DNA of 64,000 nucleotides, taken from contig JADLAR010000007.1 of NCBI GenBank assembly GCA_020848155.1, positions 32,826 to 96,825 of the forward strand. Reading direction: 5' to 3'. Shown piece after piece: positions 9,027 to 21,188 of the stretch; within the stretch, counting starts at the first letter, position 1, and each line of letters opens with the position of its first letter. The position numbers were made by a program, and so were the translations under genes. The notes beneath the pieces were generated by a model, which saw nothing but the letters and a program-made list of their open reading frames with translations, made no database searches and had not been told where the DNA came from. This DNA is from Candidatus Sumerlaeota bacterium. Its GTDB lineage: Bacteria; Sumerlaeota; Sumerlaeia; SLMS01.

Positions 9027-9797
9027 ATGATTCGTCAGTACTGGAGAGTTTTTGCCCTCACCTTCGCCATTATGGCGGTGGGTGCCTATCAGCTATACGG
9101 CGTGTTTTCGAACAAAGGCTACGAGCCGGTTCAGCCGATCAATTACAGCCACGTGCTGCATGCGGGCGTGATGCAGATGGAGTGCCTGTATTGCCACAGT
9201 CAGGCAGAGAAGGGACCCAGCGCGGGCATTCCCGGCCTTGACGTGTGCATGGGTTGCCACGCGGTGGTTCGCACCGACAGTCCGGAAATCCAGAAGATGG
9301 CAAAGTACTATGCGGAGGGGAAGCCGGTTCCGTGGGTTCGGATCCATAGGATTCCTGATCACGCATTCTTCAACCATCGCTGGCACGTGGAGGCGGGTGT
9401 TGCCTGCCAGACCTGCCACGGTCCCGTACAGAACATGCCGGTGGTTCACCAGTGGACGAAGTTGGAGATGGGCAAGTGCGTGGAGTGTCATCGTCAGGGG
9501 CAGTACGCGGGGCAGATCGATCACCCGCCGACGTTCCATGAGCCGGAAGTGACTGCCGCGGAAGTGGCAAGCGCGCCGGAGGGGTTGACGCTGGCAGGTG
9601 CGGAGGAGAACCCGCAGTGGGCGAGCGCGGCGGCCGAGTTCAAGAAGTATCATGACAGCAGCGCGATGTCACCGGACGACACGAAGGTGATGCTGACGCG
9701 GCTGAAGCAATACCAGGAAGACATTTATCAACACGGCCGGCAGTACCAGACGCGCGGCAAGAATGCCTCTGTTGAATGCAGCACGTGCCACTACTGA
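9027..9797 (+). CDS. actA: Alternative Complex III subunit ActA (membrane-anchored pentaheme cytochrome c)
   Basis: It has an N-terminal TM helix and five CxxCH motifs (CLYCH, CMGCH, CQTCH, CVECH, CSTCH). It sits as the first gene of an actABCDEF array. Confidence 0.8.
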   Translation: MIRQYWRVFALTFAIMAVGAYQLYGVFSNKGYEPVQPINYSHVLHAGVMQMECLYCHSQAEKGPSAGIPGLDVCMGCHAVVRTDSPEIQKMAKYYAEGKPVPWVRIHRIPDHAFFNHRWHVEAGVACQTCHGPVQNMPVVHQWTKLEMGKCVECHRQGQYAGQIDHPPTFHEPEVTAAEVASAPEGLTLAGAEENPQWASAAAEFKKYHDSSAMSPDDTKVMLTRLKQYQEDIYQHGRQYQTRGKNASVECSTCHY

Positions 9798-9813
9798 GAG
9801 ATGATGCAACGCG

Positions 9814-12800
9814 ATGACCGCCCATAACCACAGCCACGACCACCGCCATGACGATGCGCCGCAGGGTGCCGCGATGGCCACGCCGCCGCTGTATTGGTCC
9901 ACACTTTCGCAGTTGGACCAGGATGCGGAGTATGTTGCGCAGGTAGGTGAGGAGTTCTACGCGGATGCGAAGCCGGAGCGCTTCTTCGAGGCCGATGGGG
10001 ACGAGGAAAAATTCATGTCCCCGTTCAGCCGGAGGACGTTCCTGAAGTTCAGCGCGTTCTCGGCGCTGGTGGCGGCGGTGAGTGGCTGCGAGCGCCCGGT
10101 GCAGAAGATCGTCCCCTATGTGGCGAAGCCGGAGGAGATCAACTACGGCGAGGCGAACTACTACGCGTCGACGTGCCAGGAGTGCTCCGCGGCGTGCGGG
10201 TTGATGGTGAAGACGCGCGAGGGGCGCCCGATCAAGCTGGAGGGCAATCCGGACCATCCCGTGAATCGTGGCTCGTTGTGCGCGAAGGGCCAGGCGGGGG
10301 TGTTGAACCTGTACAACCCGGACCGCCTGAAATATCCTGTTCGTCCGCAGCGCAAGGGGAACCAGATCGAGTTGTCCGCGAATGGCTACGCGAAGATGGC
10401 GGAGCTTGACTTGGAAATCGGCAAGGCGATGGCGGGGACGAAGGGGAAGGTTGTGCTGCTGACGCCGACCATCACCGGCCCGGCGAATGAACGGTTGATC
10501 AAGGATTTCCTGAGCACGACGACGAACGCGCAGCATGTGATGTATGACGCGCTGGAGACGGGCGAGGAGCGTGAGCTTTACAATGCGGTGTTCACGAAGC
10601 CCGTGACGCCGCGCTACCGCTTCCAGAATGCGAACGTGGTGGTGAACATCGGCGGCGATCCGCTGGGGCAGAATGTTTCGCAGTCGGAGATCCAGAAGGA
10701 TTGGGCGGCGAAGCGAAACCCGGCGATTGAGTCGGGAATGTCGCGTGTCTATACATTTGAGCCGGTTCCGACGCTGACGGGGATGAATTCCGATTATCGG
10801 CACGTGGTCCGGCCGGCGGACTTGTTCCGTGCCGGGCTGGTGATTGCCGGGCTGGTGTACCGGCAGTTGAATGGTTCGTCGTCGGCGAATGGCGTCGTGA
10901 AGAGCACGGAGACGGCGAAGCTGCTCGGTGCGGTGGACACGGAGGGGCTGGCGAAGGAGACGGGTGTTGCGCTGAAGGAGTATGAGCGGGTTGCGAAGTC
11001 GCTGGTGGAGAACCCGACGCGCAGCATCGTCTATACAAAGGGCGCTGCGGCGGACACGGCGGATGCGAGGAACCTGCACCTGCTAGGCATTCTGCTGAAC
11101 GCGATGCTGGGGAACTACCAGAACACGATCGATGTGCTGGTTTCCACGTCGCGGCAGTCGCTGGGAAGCACGGCGAACATCCAGAAGCTGATCGCGGAGA
11201 TGAAGGCGGGCGCGGTGGAAGTGTTGGTCTTCCACAACGTGAACCCGGCGTACACGCTGCCGGTGGGCGCGGGCTTCGCGGAGGCCGTGAAGAAGGTGAA
11301 GCTGGTTGTCTCGTTGAACCTGATGATGGATGAGACGGCAGCGCTGGCGGACATCGCGATTCCCGCGGTGCATGGCCTGGAGAGCTGGGGCGATGCGGAG
11401 GCGCAGACGGGCGCGCTCAGCATGCAGCAGCCCGTGATCAATCCGATTTTTGGCGAGACGAGCGCGGACACGCGCTTTGCGACGCGCGCGTGGCAGGAGT
11501 CGCTGATTGCCTTCATCGTGGCGTCGGGCAGTCCCGTGTTCCGCCGGGTGCCGTCGAAGGAAGACATTGCGCGGTTGATGGAGGAGCAGGCGACGACGGA
11601 CACGTTGAAGCTGGATCCGAAGTCGCTGCAGCCGTACACGATCACCTGGTACAATTACATCCGCGAGACCTGGCGTGACGGGGTCTACGCGAAGACGCCG
11701 TTCGCGTCGCCGACGTTCGATGCGTTCTGGACGTCGCTGGTGCAGAGCGGTGTGCTGGACACGGTGGGTGCGGCCGCGCGGAACGGGGCGCTTGGGGCGC
11801 CGAACATCAATCCCGCGCTGATGGGAATGATTGGCCAGCCTGCACAGACGGAAGGGCTGACGTTTGTGGCGCAGCCGTCGCAGGTGCACGGTGACGGGAA
11901 GTCTATGGTGAATCCGTTCCTGCTGGAATTGCCGGATTCAGTGAGCAAGGTTTGCTGGGACAACTACGCGAGCATCGCGCCGTCACTGGCGAAGGAACTG
12001 GGCGTGGAGGATGGCGATTATGTGAACGTGACGGTGAATGGCGCGACGGCGAAGGTGCCTGCGTACATCCAGCCGGGCACGCACAGGGACGTGGTGAGTG
12101 TTGGGCTTGGGTGGGGACGAAAGCTTGATGGTGCCGTGGGTGACGGTGTTGGCGTGGATGTGTTCCCCTTGGTGCAGGCGACGGAGACGTCCCTGATCAC
12201 GTCGGGATTGCCGGCGAAGATTGTGAAGGCGGGGGGCAGCACGCGCCTGGCGAACATCCAGGGGCACAACTACCTCTTCTCGCCGTCGTATTTGGGCATG
12301 ATGGTGAACAAGCGGGTTGGGGATGTGCCGGAGGGCGCGACGAAGAACGAGCAGGGCACGGCCGTGTGGGAGCGTCCGGTCATTGGTGAAACGACGTTGC
12401 AGGAGTGGAAGGAGAATCCGGCCAAGGGATATCCGAACCACGACGAGTTGAACCACGAGATTCCCTCGATCTGGCTGCACAAGCACAAGTATGAGGGGCA
12501 TCACTGGGGCATGGTGGTGGACCTGAACGCGTGCAATGGCTGCAATGCGTGCATGGTGGCGTGCTCCGTGGAGAACAACGTGCCCGTGGTTGGGAAGGCG
12601 GAGGTGCTGAAGGGGCGCGAAATGTTCTGGATTCGCATCGACCGCTACTATCGTGGTGATCGCGAGAATCCTGACTTCGTGCAGATGCCGCTGATGTGCC
12701 AGCACTGCGGCAATGCGCCGTGCGAGACGGTGTGCCCGGTGATTGCGACGATGCACAATGATGAGGGGTTGAACGTGATGACGTACAACCGGTGCGTGGG

Positions 12801-13347
12801 CACGCGCTATTGCGCGAACAACTGCCCGTACAAGGTGCGGCGCTTCAACTTCTTCCAGTACAGTGATTTCCGGACGGGGCGGCAGAACAACGTGAAGCGG
12901 GTGTCGCCGCTGGAGTTGGTGCTGAACCCGGATGTGTCAACGCGCACGCGTGGCGTGATGGAGAAGTGCAGCTTCTGCGTTCATCGCATTCGCGCTGCGA
13001 AGGACAGGGCGCGGGAGGCGGCGCTGCCGCTGAAGGATGGGGACATGGTGACGGCCTGCCAGCAGACCTGTCCGGCGAAGGCGATTCACTTCGGCGATAG
13101 GAATGATCCGGATTCGGTTGTGTCGAAGATGTGGAATGATCCGCGAAACTATGGCCTGCTGGCGGATTTGAATACCGATCCATCGGTGCGCTACATGGCG
13201 TTGGTTCGCAATCGCGATGAGGCGTCGCCCTATCGCACGATGTACCAGGCTCATCGCGTGGATCACCACGGGGCGGGCCACGAAGGTGGTGGCGGGCACG
13301 AAAAAACGGAAGGCGAGGCGCCGGCAGCACACGCGCCCGCGCACTGA
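9814..13347 (+). CDS. actB: Alternative Complex III subunit ActB (fused molybdopterin-oxidoreductase-like B1 and 4Fe-4S ferredoxin-like B2), Tat-exported
   Basis: A Tat motif ([20 protein letters not shown]) is present. The CISM-family N-terminal Cys cluster ([14 protein letters not shown]...CAKGQAG) and C-terminal FeS clusters ([44 protein letters not shown]) are also present. At 1177 aa it is typical for a fused ActB. Confidence 0.85.
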   Translation: MTAHNHSHDHRHDDAPQGAAMATPPLYWSTLSQLDQDAEYVAQVGEEFYADAKPERFFEADGDEEKFMSPFSRRTFLKFSAFSALVAAVSGCERPVQKIVPYVAKPEEINYGEANYYASTCQECSAACGLMVKTREGRPIKLEGNPDHPVNRGSLCAKGQAGVLNLYNPDRLKYPVRPQRKGNQIELSANGYAKMAELDLEIGKAMAGTKGKVVLLTPTITGPANERLIKDFLSTTTNAQHVMYDALETGEERELYNAVFTKPVTPRYRFQNANVVVNIGGDPLGQNVSQSEIQKDWAAKRNPAIESGMSRVYTFEPVPTLTGMNSDYRHVVRPADLFRAGLVIAGLVYRQLNGSSSANGVVKSTETAKLLGAVDTEGLAKETGVALKEYERVAKSLVENPTRSIVYTKGAAADTADARNLHLLGILLNAMLGNYQNTIDVLVSTSRQSLGSTANIQKLIAEMKAGAVEVLVFHNVNPAYTLPVGAGFAEAVKKVKLVVSLNLMMDETAALADIAIPAVHGLESWGDAEAQTGALSMQQPVINPIFGETSADTRFATRAWQESLIAFIVASGSPVFRRVPSKEDIARLMEEQATTDTLKLDPKSLQPYTITWYNYIRETWRDGVYAKTPFASPTFDAFWTSLVQSGVLDTVGAAARNGALGAPNINPALMGMIGQPAQTEGLTFVAQPSQVHGDGKSMVNPFLLELPDSVSKVCWDNYASIAPSLAKELGVEDGDYVNVTVNGATAKVPAYIQPGTHRDVVSVGLGWGRKLDGAVGDGVGVDVFPLVQATETSLITSGLPAKIVKAGGSTRLANIQGHNYLFSPSYLGMMVNKRVGDVPEGATKNEQGTAVWERPVIGETTLQEWKENPAKGYPNHDELNHEIPSIWLHKHKYEGHHWGMVVDLNACNGCNACMVACSVENNVPVVGKAEVLKGREMFWIRIDRYYRGDRENPDFVQMPLMCQHCGNAPCETVCPVIATMHNDEGLNVMTYNRCVGTRYCANNCPYKVRRFNFFQYSDFRTGRQNNVKRVSPLELVLNPDVSTRTRGVMEKCSFCVHRIRAAKDRAREAALPLKDGDMVTACQQTCPAKAIHFGDRNDPDSVVSKMWNDPRNYGLLADLNTDPSVRYMALVRNRDEASPYRTMYQAHRVDHHGAGHEGGGGHEKTEGEAPAAHAPAH

Positions 13348-13370
13348 GCGGGGATGGACCAGGTGAAGCG

Positions 13371-14827
<1,457 letters not shown>

Positions 14828-14828
<1 letters not shown>

Positions 14829-15418
14829 TGGCGCGAATTTCTGTTCCCGCAGTGCTTGGCTTCTACGACGACGCGCATGATCTGTTGGATGTGACGGAGC
14901 GGGCGCGTGTGGATGAGAAGTTTGCGAACCTTGACGCATACACTCCGTATCCGGTTCACGGGTTGGAGGATGCGCTGGGGTTGAAGCGCTCCTGGGTGAG
15001 TACCGCGGCGCGTTTCGCGCTGCTGGGGGGGTGGTTCCTTGGATTCCTGTTCCAGTCGTGGACTTCGGCGATTGACTGGCCGGTGAACATTGGCGGGAAG
15101 CCGTTCATTGCCTGGCCGGCGTGGATTCCGGTGACATTCGAGTTTGGGGTGCTGATGGCGTCTTTTACAAACCTGCTGTGCATGTTCTATGCGTGCGGGC
15201 TTTATCCGCGCCCGAAGACGGTGGTGCTGAGCAAGCGCATCACGAATGATCGCATGGTTCTGGTGATTCCCGTGAAGGGTGATGAAGAGGAGCGGCGTGC
15301 GGTGGAGTTCCTGGGCGCCAACCATGCGTTGAAGATCAAGATCATTGACGGGTTTGATGCCCAGAGGCAGCGGTTGATTTTCCGTGCCACGCCGATGACG
15401 GGGGAGGTGACGCGATGA
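14828..15418 (+). CDS. actD: Alternative Complex III subunit ActD (DUF3341 family)
   Basis: It is a 196-aa protein with two TM helices. Its start overlaps the actC stop (ATGA), and it occupies the conserved position in the act operon. Confidence 0.7.
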
Positions 15419-16161
15419 GTCGCTTCCCGGTGTTCCAGGGGCGGTGTGCGCTGTCCCGTGTTGTGAGGGCATTCACGCTGATGGCGGTCGTGGTTGGCCT
15501 TTCCTCCTGCAAGCCGAACACGGAGCAGCGGGAAATCGAGTGGATGCCGGACATGTATCGCAACCAGGCGGTGAAGCCGCAGGAGGAAAGTGATTTCTTC
15601 AAGACGGGATCGGGAATGCTGATGCCGCCGAAGGACACGGTTCCGGTGGGTTTCACGCGCTATCCCTATCGTATCACGGAGGGTGTGAAGGCGGGGGATG
15701 AGCTTGTGAATCCGCTGCCGCGAACACGTGAGGTGCTGGAGATCGGACGGAAGTATTTCGATATCCATTGCATCGTGTGTCACGGGCCTGTGGGAAGTGG
15801 TGATGGGCTTGCGACACTGGCGAAGCGGGAGAACGGGATGCCGGTGCCGCCGCAGCTTTATTCAGAGAAGATCCGCACGACGTGGAAGGATGGCCAGATT
15901 TACCACACGATCACGATGGGCCAGGGGCAGATGCCGCCCTATGCGTCGCGCATCGAGCCAATTCACCGCTGGGCGATTGTGCATTATGTGCGCGCGCTGG
16001 GTGAGGCGGCGGCGCCGACGGAGGCGGACCTGAAGCTGGCGGAGTCGAAGGGCCTGAAGGCGAAGGACGAGGATGCGAAGTTGAGCACGTTGAAGCCGGA
16101 AGGGCGTCGCGAGTTTGAGTCTGTGTTCACGCTGAAGAAGTTTAACAAGGAAGAGAAGTAA
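15415..16161 (+). CDS. actE: Alternative Complex III subunit ActE (monoheme cytochrome c lipoprotein)
   Basis: It has a single CxxCH (CIVCHGP). The lipobox-like signal is VVGLSSCKP. Its start overlaps the actD stop. Confidence 0.75.
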   Translation: MSRFPVFQGRCALSRVVRAFTLMAVVVGLSSCKPNTEQREIEWMPDMYRNQAVKPQEESDFFKTGSGMLMPPKDTVPVGFTRYPYRITEGVKAGDELVNPLPRTREVLEIGRKYFDIHCIVCHGPVGSGDGLATLAKRENGMPVPPQLYSEKIRTTWKDGQIYHTITMGQGQMPPYASRIEPIHRWAIVHYVRALGEAAAPTEADLKLAESKGLKAKDEDAKLSTLKPEGRREFESVFTLKKFNKEEK

Positions 16162-16167
16162 GCCGTC

Positions 16168-17376
16168 ATGCACGGACATCGTTTCGAACGAATCGAAGAA
16201 AACTCGCCGCTGCGGATGTCGCCGCTGGTTTCGATCCTCATGATCGTGGCGGCTGTGGTGGGGTTGGGCGCATTCGCGTACGGGGCCTTCATGGGTCCTG
16301 CGGAGGATCGGGCGCGGGCCTGGACGGGCATGCTGGTGGCTGGGACGTTTTTCTGGTTCCTGTCGATGGGCGGCGGGTCGTTCCTGGCAATCAATTACAT
16401 CGTTGGAGCGAAGTGGTTCGTGGCAGTGAAGCGGCTGCCGGAGTCGCTGGCGCAGTTCTCCTACCGTGGCGGCTTCCTGTTTGCGCTGCTTCCCCTGCTT
16501 GGGATAGGCTCGTTGTACGCTTGGGCGCATCCCGGGTCCGATTACCCCTACGAGGGGACGTTGAAGCGTGTCTGGCTTTCGCCGGGCGTGCACTATGCGA
16601 AGGTGATCGTCTATGTGGCGATCCTGACGGTGACGACGTTTGTCCTGGTGTCGAAGTCGCGGGCGGCGTCGCGCAGTGCCGATGATCCGGCGTATCGTGG
16701 GCGCTACCGTTTCTCCATCGCGTACATCATTGTGTTTGGCCTGGCTTTTTCCTTCTTCTCCTGGGACGTGCTGATGTCGCTGGAGGCGAAGTGGTTCTCC
16801 ACGATGTTTGGCGTCTACTGCTTCATCGGCGCGTTCAACAGCGCGATGGCGCTGATGATGATGATGATGTTCTACCTGCGTGCGCAGAGCAAGTACGTCC
16901 AGGATCGCCACCTGCATGACATGGGGACGTACGTGATGGCGTTCGCGACGTTCATGATCTACATTGGATTCTCGCAGTTCATGCTGGTCTGGTACGCGAA
17001 CCTTTACGAGGAGACGTTCTACTTCCTGAACCGTTATCGCGGCGGGTGGTATGTGTTGACGATCCTGCTGCCGATCCTGAAGTGGATCGTGCCGTTCCTG
17101 ATCCTGATGCCGCCGTCGTTCCGCACGAACCTGAGCGCGCAGACGGTGGCCTGTGTCTCCATCCTTGTGGGGCAGGCAATGGACATCTATTGGATCGTGC
17201 AGCCGGCGTTGTCGCCAGAGGCGATCCTTCCGTCGGTGATCAATGTGCTGACCTTCGTGGGGGTGGGTGGTGTGTTCGGCTACACGGTGATCAACGACCT
17301 GGCGTCGCATTCGAAGCTGCCGGCGGAGGATCCGGACCTGATGTCGAGCGTGAACGGGGACTACCTCCATGCATAG
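16168..17376 (+). CDS. actF: Alternative Complex III subunit ActF (NrfD-like membrane subunit)
   Basis: It is a second NrfD-family polytopic membrane protein. It is paralogous in architecture to ActC and occupies the conserved position. Confidence 0.75.
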   Translation: MHGHRFERIEENSPLRMSPLVSILMIVAAVVGLGAFAYGAFMGPAEDRARAWTGMLVAGTFFWFLSMGGGSFLAINYIVGAKWFVAVKRLPESLAQFSYRGGFLFALLPLLGIGSLYAWAHPGSDYPYEGTLKRVWLSPGVHYAKVIVYVAILTVTTFVLVSKSRAASRSADDPAYRGRYRFSIAYIIVFGLAFSFFSWDVLMSLEAKWFSTMFGVYCFIGAFNSAMALMMMMMFYLRAQSKYVQDRHLHDMGTYVMAFATFMIYIGFSQFMLVWYANLYEETFYFLNRYRGGWYVLTILLPILKWIVPFLILMPPSFRTNLSAQTVACVSILVGQAMDIYWIVQPALSPEAILPSVINVLTFVGVGGVFGYTVINDLASHSKLPAEDPDLMSSVNGDYLHA

Positions 17377-18337
17377 TCCGGTTCCCATTAAAAAAGAGCG
17401 GGCGAGCCTGGTTGCCTTCGTCGTGCTGGTGTTGCTGGCGGTGTACTTCCTCTATGCGTTGCTGAGCACGATGTACCATCATGGCGTGATGGAAGGTCGG
17501 CTGGAGAATACCTACGCCGTGCCGAAGAAGCCACAAACGGACGAGGCGGAGGTTTTCGACCAGCGCCAATTGATGAAGCCGAGCGATGAACTGATCAAGC
17601 TGGGCAAGACGCTGTTCACGAATAATTGCGTTTCCTGCCATGGCGAGGACGGCATGGGCGATGGACCGTCCGGAAAGAATCTGAACCCGCGGCCACGGAA
17701 TTACCACGCTCCCGACGCGGATTGGAAAATTGGCACGTCGGTGCTCAGCATGTACCACACGCTTGAGAAGGGCGTGAATGGAATGCCGAACTTTCCGGTG
17801 CTGAATCCGAAGCAGAAGTACGCCGTGATCCATTACGTTCATGCGACGTTCATGAAGGAGCGCGGCTATGCGGAGGACACGCAGGCGGCGATCGATGCGC
17901 TGCCGAAGCCGGGTGGCGCGGTGGCGATGAAGATTGATCCGTATGCCGAGACGCGCGTGCCGATCATTCAGGCAATCGAGAGTTATGTGGAGAAGGAGCA
18001 GGGCGGGGTGCCGGTTTCCAAGGCCCTGGATGACCTGCGTCCGGGCATGAAGATCACGGTGGGCCATGCGCTGTACGCAAGGCATTGCCAGAGTTGCCAC
18101 GGGCCAGGGGGCGGGGGGACCGTCCCGGCTCAGGTGAAGTCGCCGCTGCAATTGAATCAGTTGGCGTGGGGCGCATCCCGCTTGAACAAGGAGGGGGTGT
18201 GGGTGAATGATTATGACCGGTTCCGTTCGATCGTGTCGAAAGGGCAGCCAAACGGGGTGATGCCCGGCTTTGCGACCCTGACGGATGAGGAAACGCAGGC
18301 GTTGCACAAGTACATCAAGTCGTTGGTCAAGGAATAA
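17369..18337 (+). CDS. Membrane-anchored diheme cytochrome c, the probable electron carrier between ACIII and the oxidase
   Basis: It has an N-terminal TM helix and two CxxCH motifs (CVSCHGEDG and CQSCHGPGG). It overlaps the actF stop and precedes coxB. Confidence 0.7.
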   Translation: MHSPVPIKKERASLVAFVVLVLLAVYFLYALLSTMYHHGVMEGRLENTYAVPKKPQTDEAEVFDQRQLMKPSDELIKLGKTLFTNNCVSCHGEDGMGDGPSGKNLNPRPRNYHAPDADWKIGTSVLSMYHTLEKGVNGMPNFPVLNPKQKYAVIHYVHATFMKERGYAEDTQAAIDALPKPGGAVAMKIDPYAETRVPIIQAIESYVEKEQGGVPVSKALDDLRPGMKITVGHALYARHCQSCHGPGGGGTVPAQVKSPLQLNQLAWGASRLNKEGVWVNDYDRFRSIVSKGQPNGVMPGFATLTDEETQALHKYIKSLVKE

Positions 18338-18352
18338 GGCGGGCACGACCTC

Positions 18353-19345
18353 ATGGCGAAGAAAGACATCAAGATTATCGTCGGTTTGTGGGTGCTCGCG
18401 CTGATATTGTCGGCGCTGACGACGTGGGCGTACATGATTTCGTACAATCCGGCAACGGCGACCCACGGCCCAGCCAGTATCTCGGAACCGACGACGCATT
18501 GGCTTTTCCAGCCGGCCTCTTCGGTGGCGGAGAGGGTTCGCACAGAATCGGCGTGGATGGTGTTTATCATCATGCCGTTCCTGTATGGCCCATTCCTGAT
18601 GCTGTTCTATATCATTTCGCGGTTTTCCAAGAGCCGCCATCCGGTGGCTGACAAGCCCAATGAGAACCTGACGCTGGAGGTGGCGTGGACGATCGTTCCG
18701 GCGCTTGCGCTGATCGTGATGGCCGTGCCCGCCTATGAGGCGTTGCGCTACATGGAAATACCACCGGCGCGGCCCGATCAGGTGATCAATGTGACAGGGG
18801 CGCAGTTCTACTGGCAGTATGAACTGCCGCGTTATGGCCTGACGACGACGGACAATGGGACGATTACGATCGATGCCAAGACCGGGAGGGCCACGGAGGA
18901 GGATTCCTGGCTGCACCTGCCCATCAACAAGACGGTCCTGATGAATGGCCAGTCCTTCCAGGTGAACCATGCGTGGTGGGTGCCGGCCTTCGGCGTGAAA
19001 TTCGACGTGATCCCCGGCCGGATCAACACGGTGTGGTTTGATACGAAGAAGAAGGGATATTTCAAGGGGCAGTGTGCGGAGCTTTGTGGCACGCTGCACG
19101 CCTACATGCGTATTCAGGTGGTGGTCGAGGAGGAGAAGGACTTCTACGAGTGGGTGCTTCGCAAGGGGGGGACGATCCCCGAGGAGGAAGAGGCCCGTGT
19201 TGTGGAATTGCTTGGGGCGGATTACCGGGAGCGCTTCGCGCCAAAGGACGGCGCAAAGCCGGCTTCACTTCCTGCGGCGACGGAATCAGCGAAATCACCC
19301 GTGCCGGCAACGGCAGGAGCCACTGAAGCGACGGGTTCGAAATAA
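18353..19345 (+). CDS. coxB: Cytochrome c oxidase subunit II (CuA subunit) without a fused cytochrome c domain
   Basis: It has two N-terminal TM helices. The CuA ligand motif is ...HAWWVPAFGVKFDVIPGRINTVWF...GQCAELCGTLHAYM. There is no CxxCH in the C-terminal tail. Confidence 0.85.
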   Translation: MAKKDIKIIVGLWVLALILSALTTWAYMISYNPATATHGPASISEPTTHWLFQPASSVAERVRTESAWMVFIIMPFLYGPFLMLFYIISRFSKSRHPVADKPNENLTLEVAWTIVPALALIVMAVPAYEALRYMEIPPARPDQVINVTGAQFYWQYELPRYGLTTTDNGTITIDAKTGRATEEDSWLHLPINKTVLMNGQSFQVNHAWWVPAFGVKFDVIPGRINTVWFDTKKKGYFKGQCAELCGTLHAYMRIQVVVEEEKDFYEWVLRKGGTIPEEEEARVVELLGADYRERFAPKDGAKPASLPAATESAKSPVPATAGATEATGSK

Positions 19346-19392
19346 TTTGGTTTGAAGGGGGGTGCGGTTCCCCGGCATGATAGACCGCATAG

Positions 19393-21093
19393 ATGGAGCA
19401 GCAAACGATGAGCATCGCAACACCACCAAAAGAGCCGCAGGGCGGCGGAGTCATCGACCTCGACGTTTATACGCCGATCGAGGAGCCGCGGACAAAAACA
19501 ACGCAGCACAAGGGTATCCTTCGCTGGCTGACGACGGTCGATCACAAGATGATCGGCGTGATGTACTTATGGTTCGCCGGCTTCTCGGTGATATTTGGCG
19601 GGGCGCTGGCGGGATTGATCCGCACGCAGTTGGCCTTTCCCAACGGTATTGGTGGCAAGCCGCTGATGACGCCGGAGTACTTCAATCAGTTCATCGGCAT
19701 GCATGCGACGTTCATGATGTTCGGGTTCGTGATCCCGGCCTTTGCAGGGTTTGGCAATTACGTCATCCCGATCATGATAGGGGCGCGGGACATGGCGTTC
19801 CCGAAGATGAATGCCTTCGCGTTCTGGATTCTGGTGCCGTCGGGACTGTTGATGGCATCAAGTTTCTTTTTTGGGTCAATTCCCGGCGGATGGACGAGCT
19901 ACGCGCCGCTTTCGACGAAGACGTACGCGCCGAACTTGGGCGTGGACATGTGGATCTTTGCCATTCACCTGGCGGGCGTGAGTTCCATCCTGGGGGCGAT
20001 CAACTTCATCGTGACCATGAGCAACATGAGGGCTCCGGGGATGAAGTGGTTCCGCATGCCGCTGTTCTGCTGGGCGACGTTGGTGACATCCTGGTTGCAG
20101 TTGATTGGGACGCCGGTTCTGGCGGGCGTCGTGACGATGTTGCTGACGGATCGCATCCTCGACACAGGTTTCTTCAACCCGGCAAAGGGCGGTGATCCGT
20201 TGCTGTACCAGCACTTGTTCTGGTTCTACAGCCATCCCGCAGTCTACATCATGATGATCCCCGGCTTTGGCATGGTCTCGCAGGTCATTCAGACGTTCAG
20301 CGGGCGGCCGACCTTTGGGTACAAGGGAATGGTCTACGCGACGGCCTTCATCGGCGTTGTCGGTTTCCTGGTGTGGGGGCACCACATGTTCTCCGCGGGC
20401 ATGGAGCCCTGGCTACGTGCATATTTCGGTTTCATGACGATGCTGGTCGGGGTGCCGACGGGGGTGAAAATTTTCTCCTGGCTGGCCACGCTGTGGGGCG
20501 GGTCCATTCGCTTCACGACGTCGATGATGTTCGCCCTGGGGTTCCTTGGGCTGTTCACGATCGGTGGAATTTCCGGGGTTTTCCTGGCGAACGTGCCCTT
20601 CGACGTGCAGGTGCATGACACGTACTTCGTGGTCGCGCATATCCACTATGTGATGTTCGGCGGCGCGGTGATGACGATCTTTGCGGCGTTGTACTACTGG
20701 TTCCCGAAGATGTCGGGGCGCTACCTGAGCGAGCGCCTTGGCAAGGTCATCTTCTGGCTGATCTTCACGGGAATGAACGTGACGTTCCTGCCGATGCACT
20801 GGCTGGGAATTGCGGGCATGGCGCGGCGCATCTACACCTACCGGCCGGAGTTCCACTCACTGAACATGATCGTCAGTTCGGGTTACCTGCTAATGCTGAC
20901 AGGTGGGCTGCTTCTGGTGGGAAATGTCTTCTACACGCTTCTGGCGAAGCGTCGCACGGCACCGAATGACGCTTGGGGCGGCAATGAAGTGCAGAACACG
21001 CTGGAGTGGATGACGACGTCTCCTCCGCCCGCGCACAACTTCGACCGCGTGCCGAAGATCGTGCCGATGGCCTACGAATCCCTTCACCACTGA
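19393..21093 (+). CDS. ctaD: Cytochrome c oxidase subunit I (heme-copper oxidase catalytic subunit)
   Basis: It is a 566-aa protein with 12 TM helices. Canonical motifs present are ...GGGDPLLYQHLFWFYSHPAVYIMMIPGFGMVS... and HHMF. Confidence 0.9.
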   Translation: MEQQTMSIATPPKEPQGGGVIDLDVYTPIEEPRTKTTQHKGILRWLTTVDHKMIGVMYLWFAGFSVIFGGALAGLIRTQLAFPNGIGGKPLMTPEYFNQFIGMHATFMMFGFVIPAFAGFGNYVIPIMIGARDMAFPKMNAFAFWILVPSGLLMASSFFFGSIPGGWTSYAPLSTKTYAPNLGVDMWIFAIHLAGVSSILGAINFIVTMSNMRAPGMKWFRMPLFCWATLVTSWLQLIGTPVLAGVVTMLLTDRILDTGFFNPAKGGDPLLYQHLFWFYSHPAVYIMMIPGFGMVSQVIQTFSGRPTFGYKGMVYATAFIGVVGFLVWGHHMFSAGMEPWLRAYFGFMTMLVGVPTGVKIFSWLATLWGGSIRFTTSMMFALGFLGLFTIGGISGVFLANVPFDVQVHDTYFVVAHIHYVMFGGAVMTIFAALYYWFPKMSGRYLSERLGKVIFWLIFTGMNVTFLPMHWLGIAGMARRIYTYRPEFHSLNMIVSSGYLLMLTGGLLLVGNVFYTLLAKRRTAPNDAWGGNEVQNTLEWMTTSPPPAHNFDRVPKIVPMAYESLHH

Positions 21094-21188
21094 CCGCGTT
21101 GAAGCGATTCGCGCATCAATCGTCCTGACGCTGCCGGAAGCAAAGGCTCTCCGGCGCGGCACTTGAAGAAAGCAGACGCACCGTCGGA

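Noticed and set aside
9640-11079. A long antisense ORF (479 aa, Arg/His/Leu-rich) opposite actB. Similar antisense ORFs lie opposite actE/actF (15862-17388), the cytochrome c/coxB genes (17291-19099), ctaB (22318-23337), the 45.3-46.5 kb repeat gene, and elsewhere.
   Set aside because: These are classic high-GC antisense frames with no stop codons by chance. They have Arg/Pro/His-rich composition and no motifs. The sense-strand genes have unambiguous family signatures.
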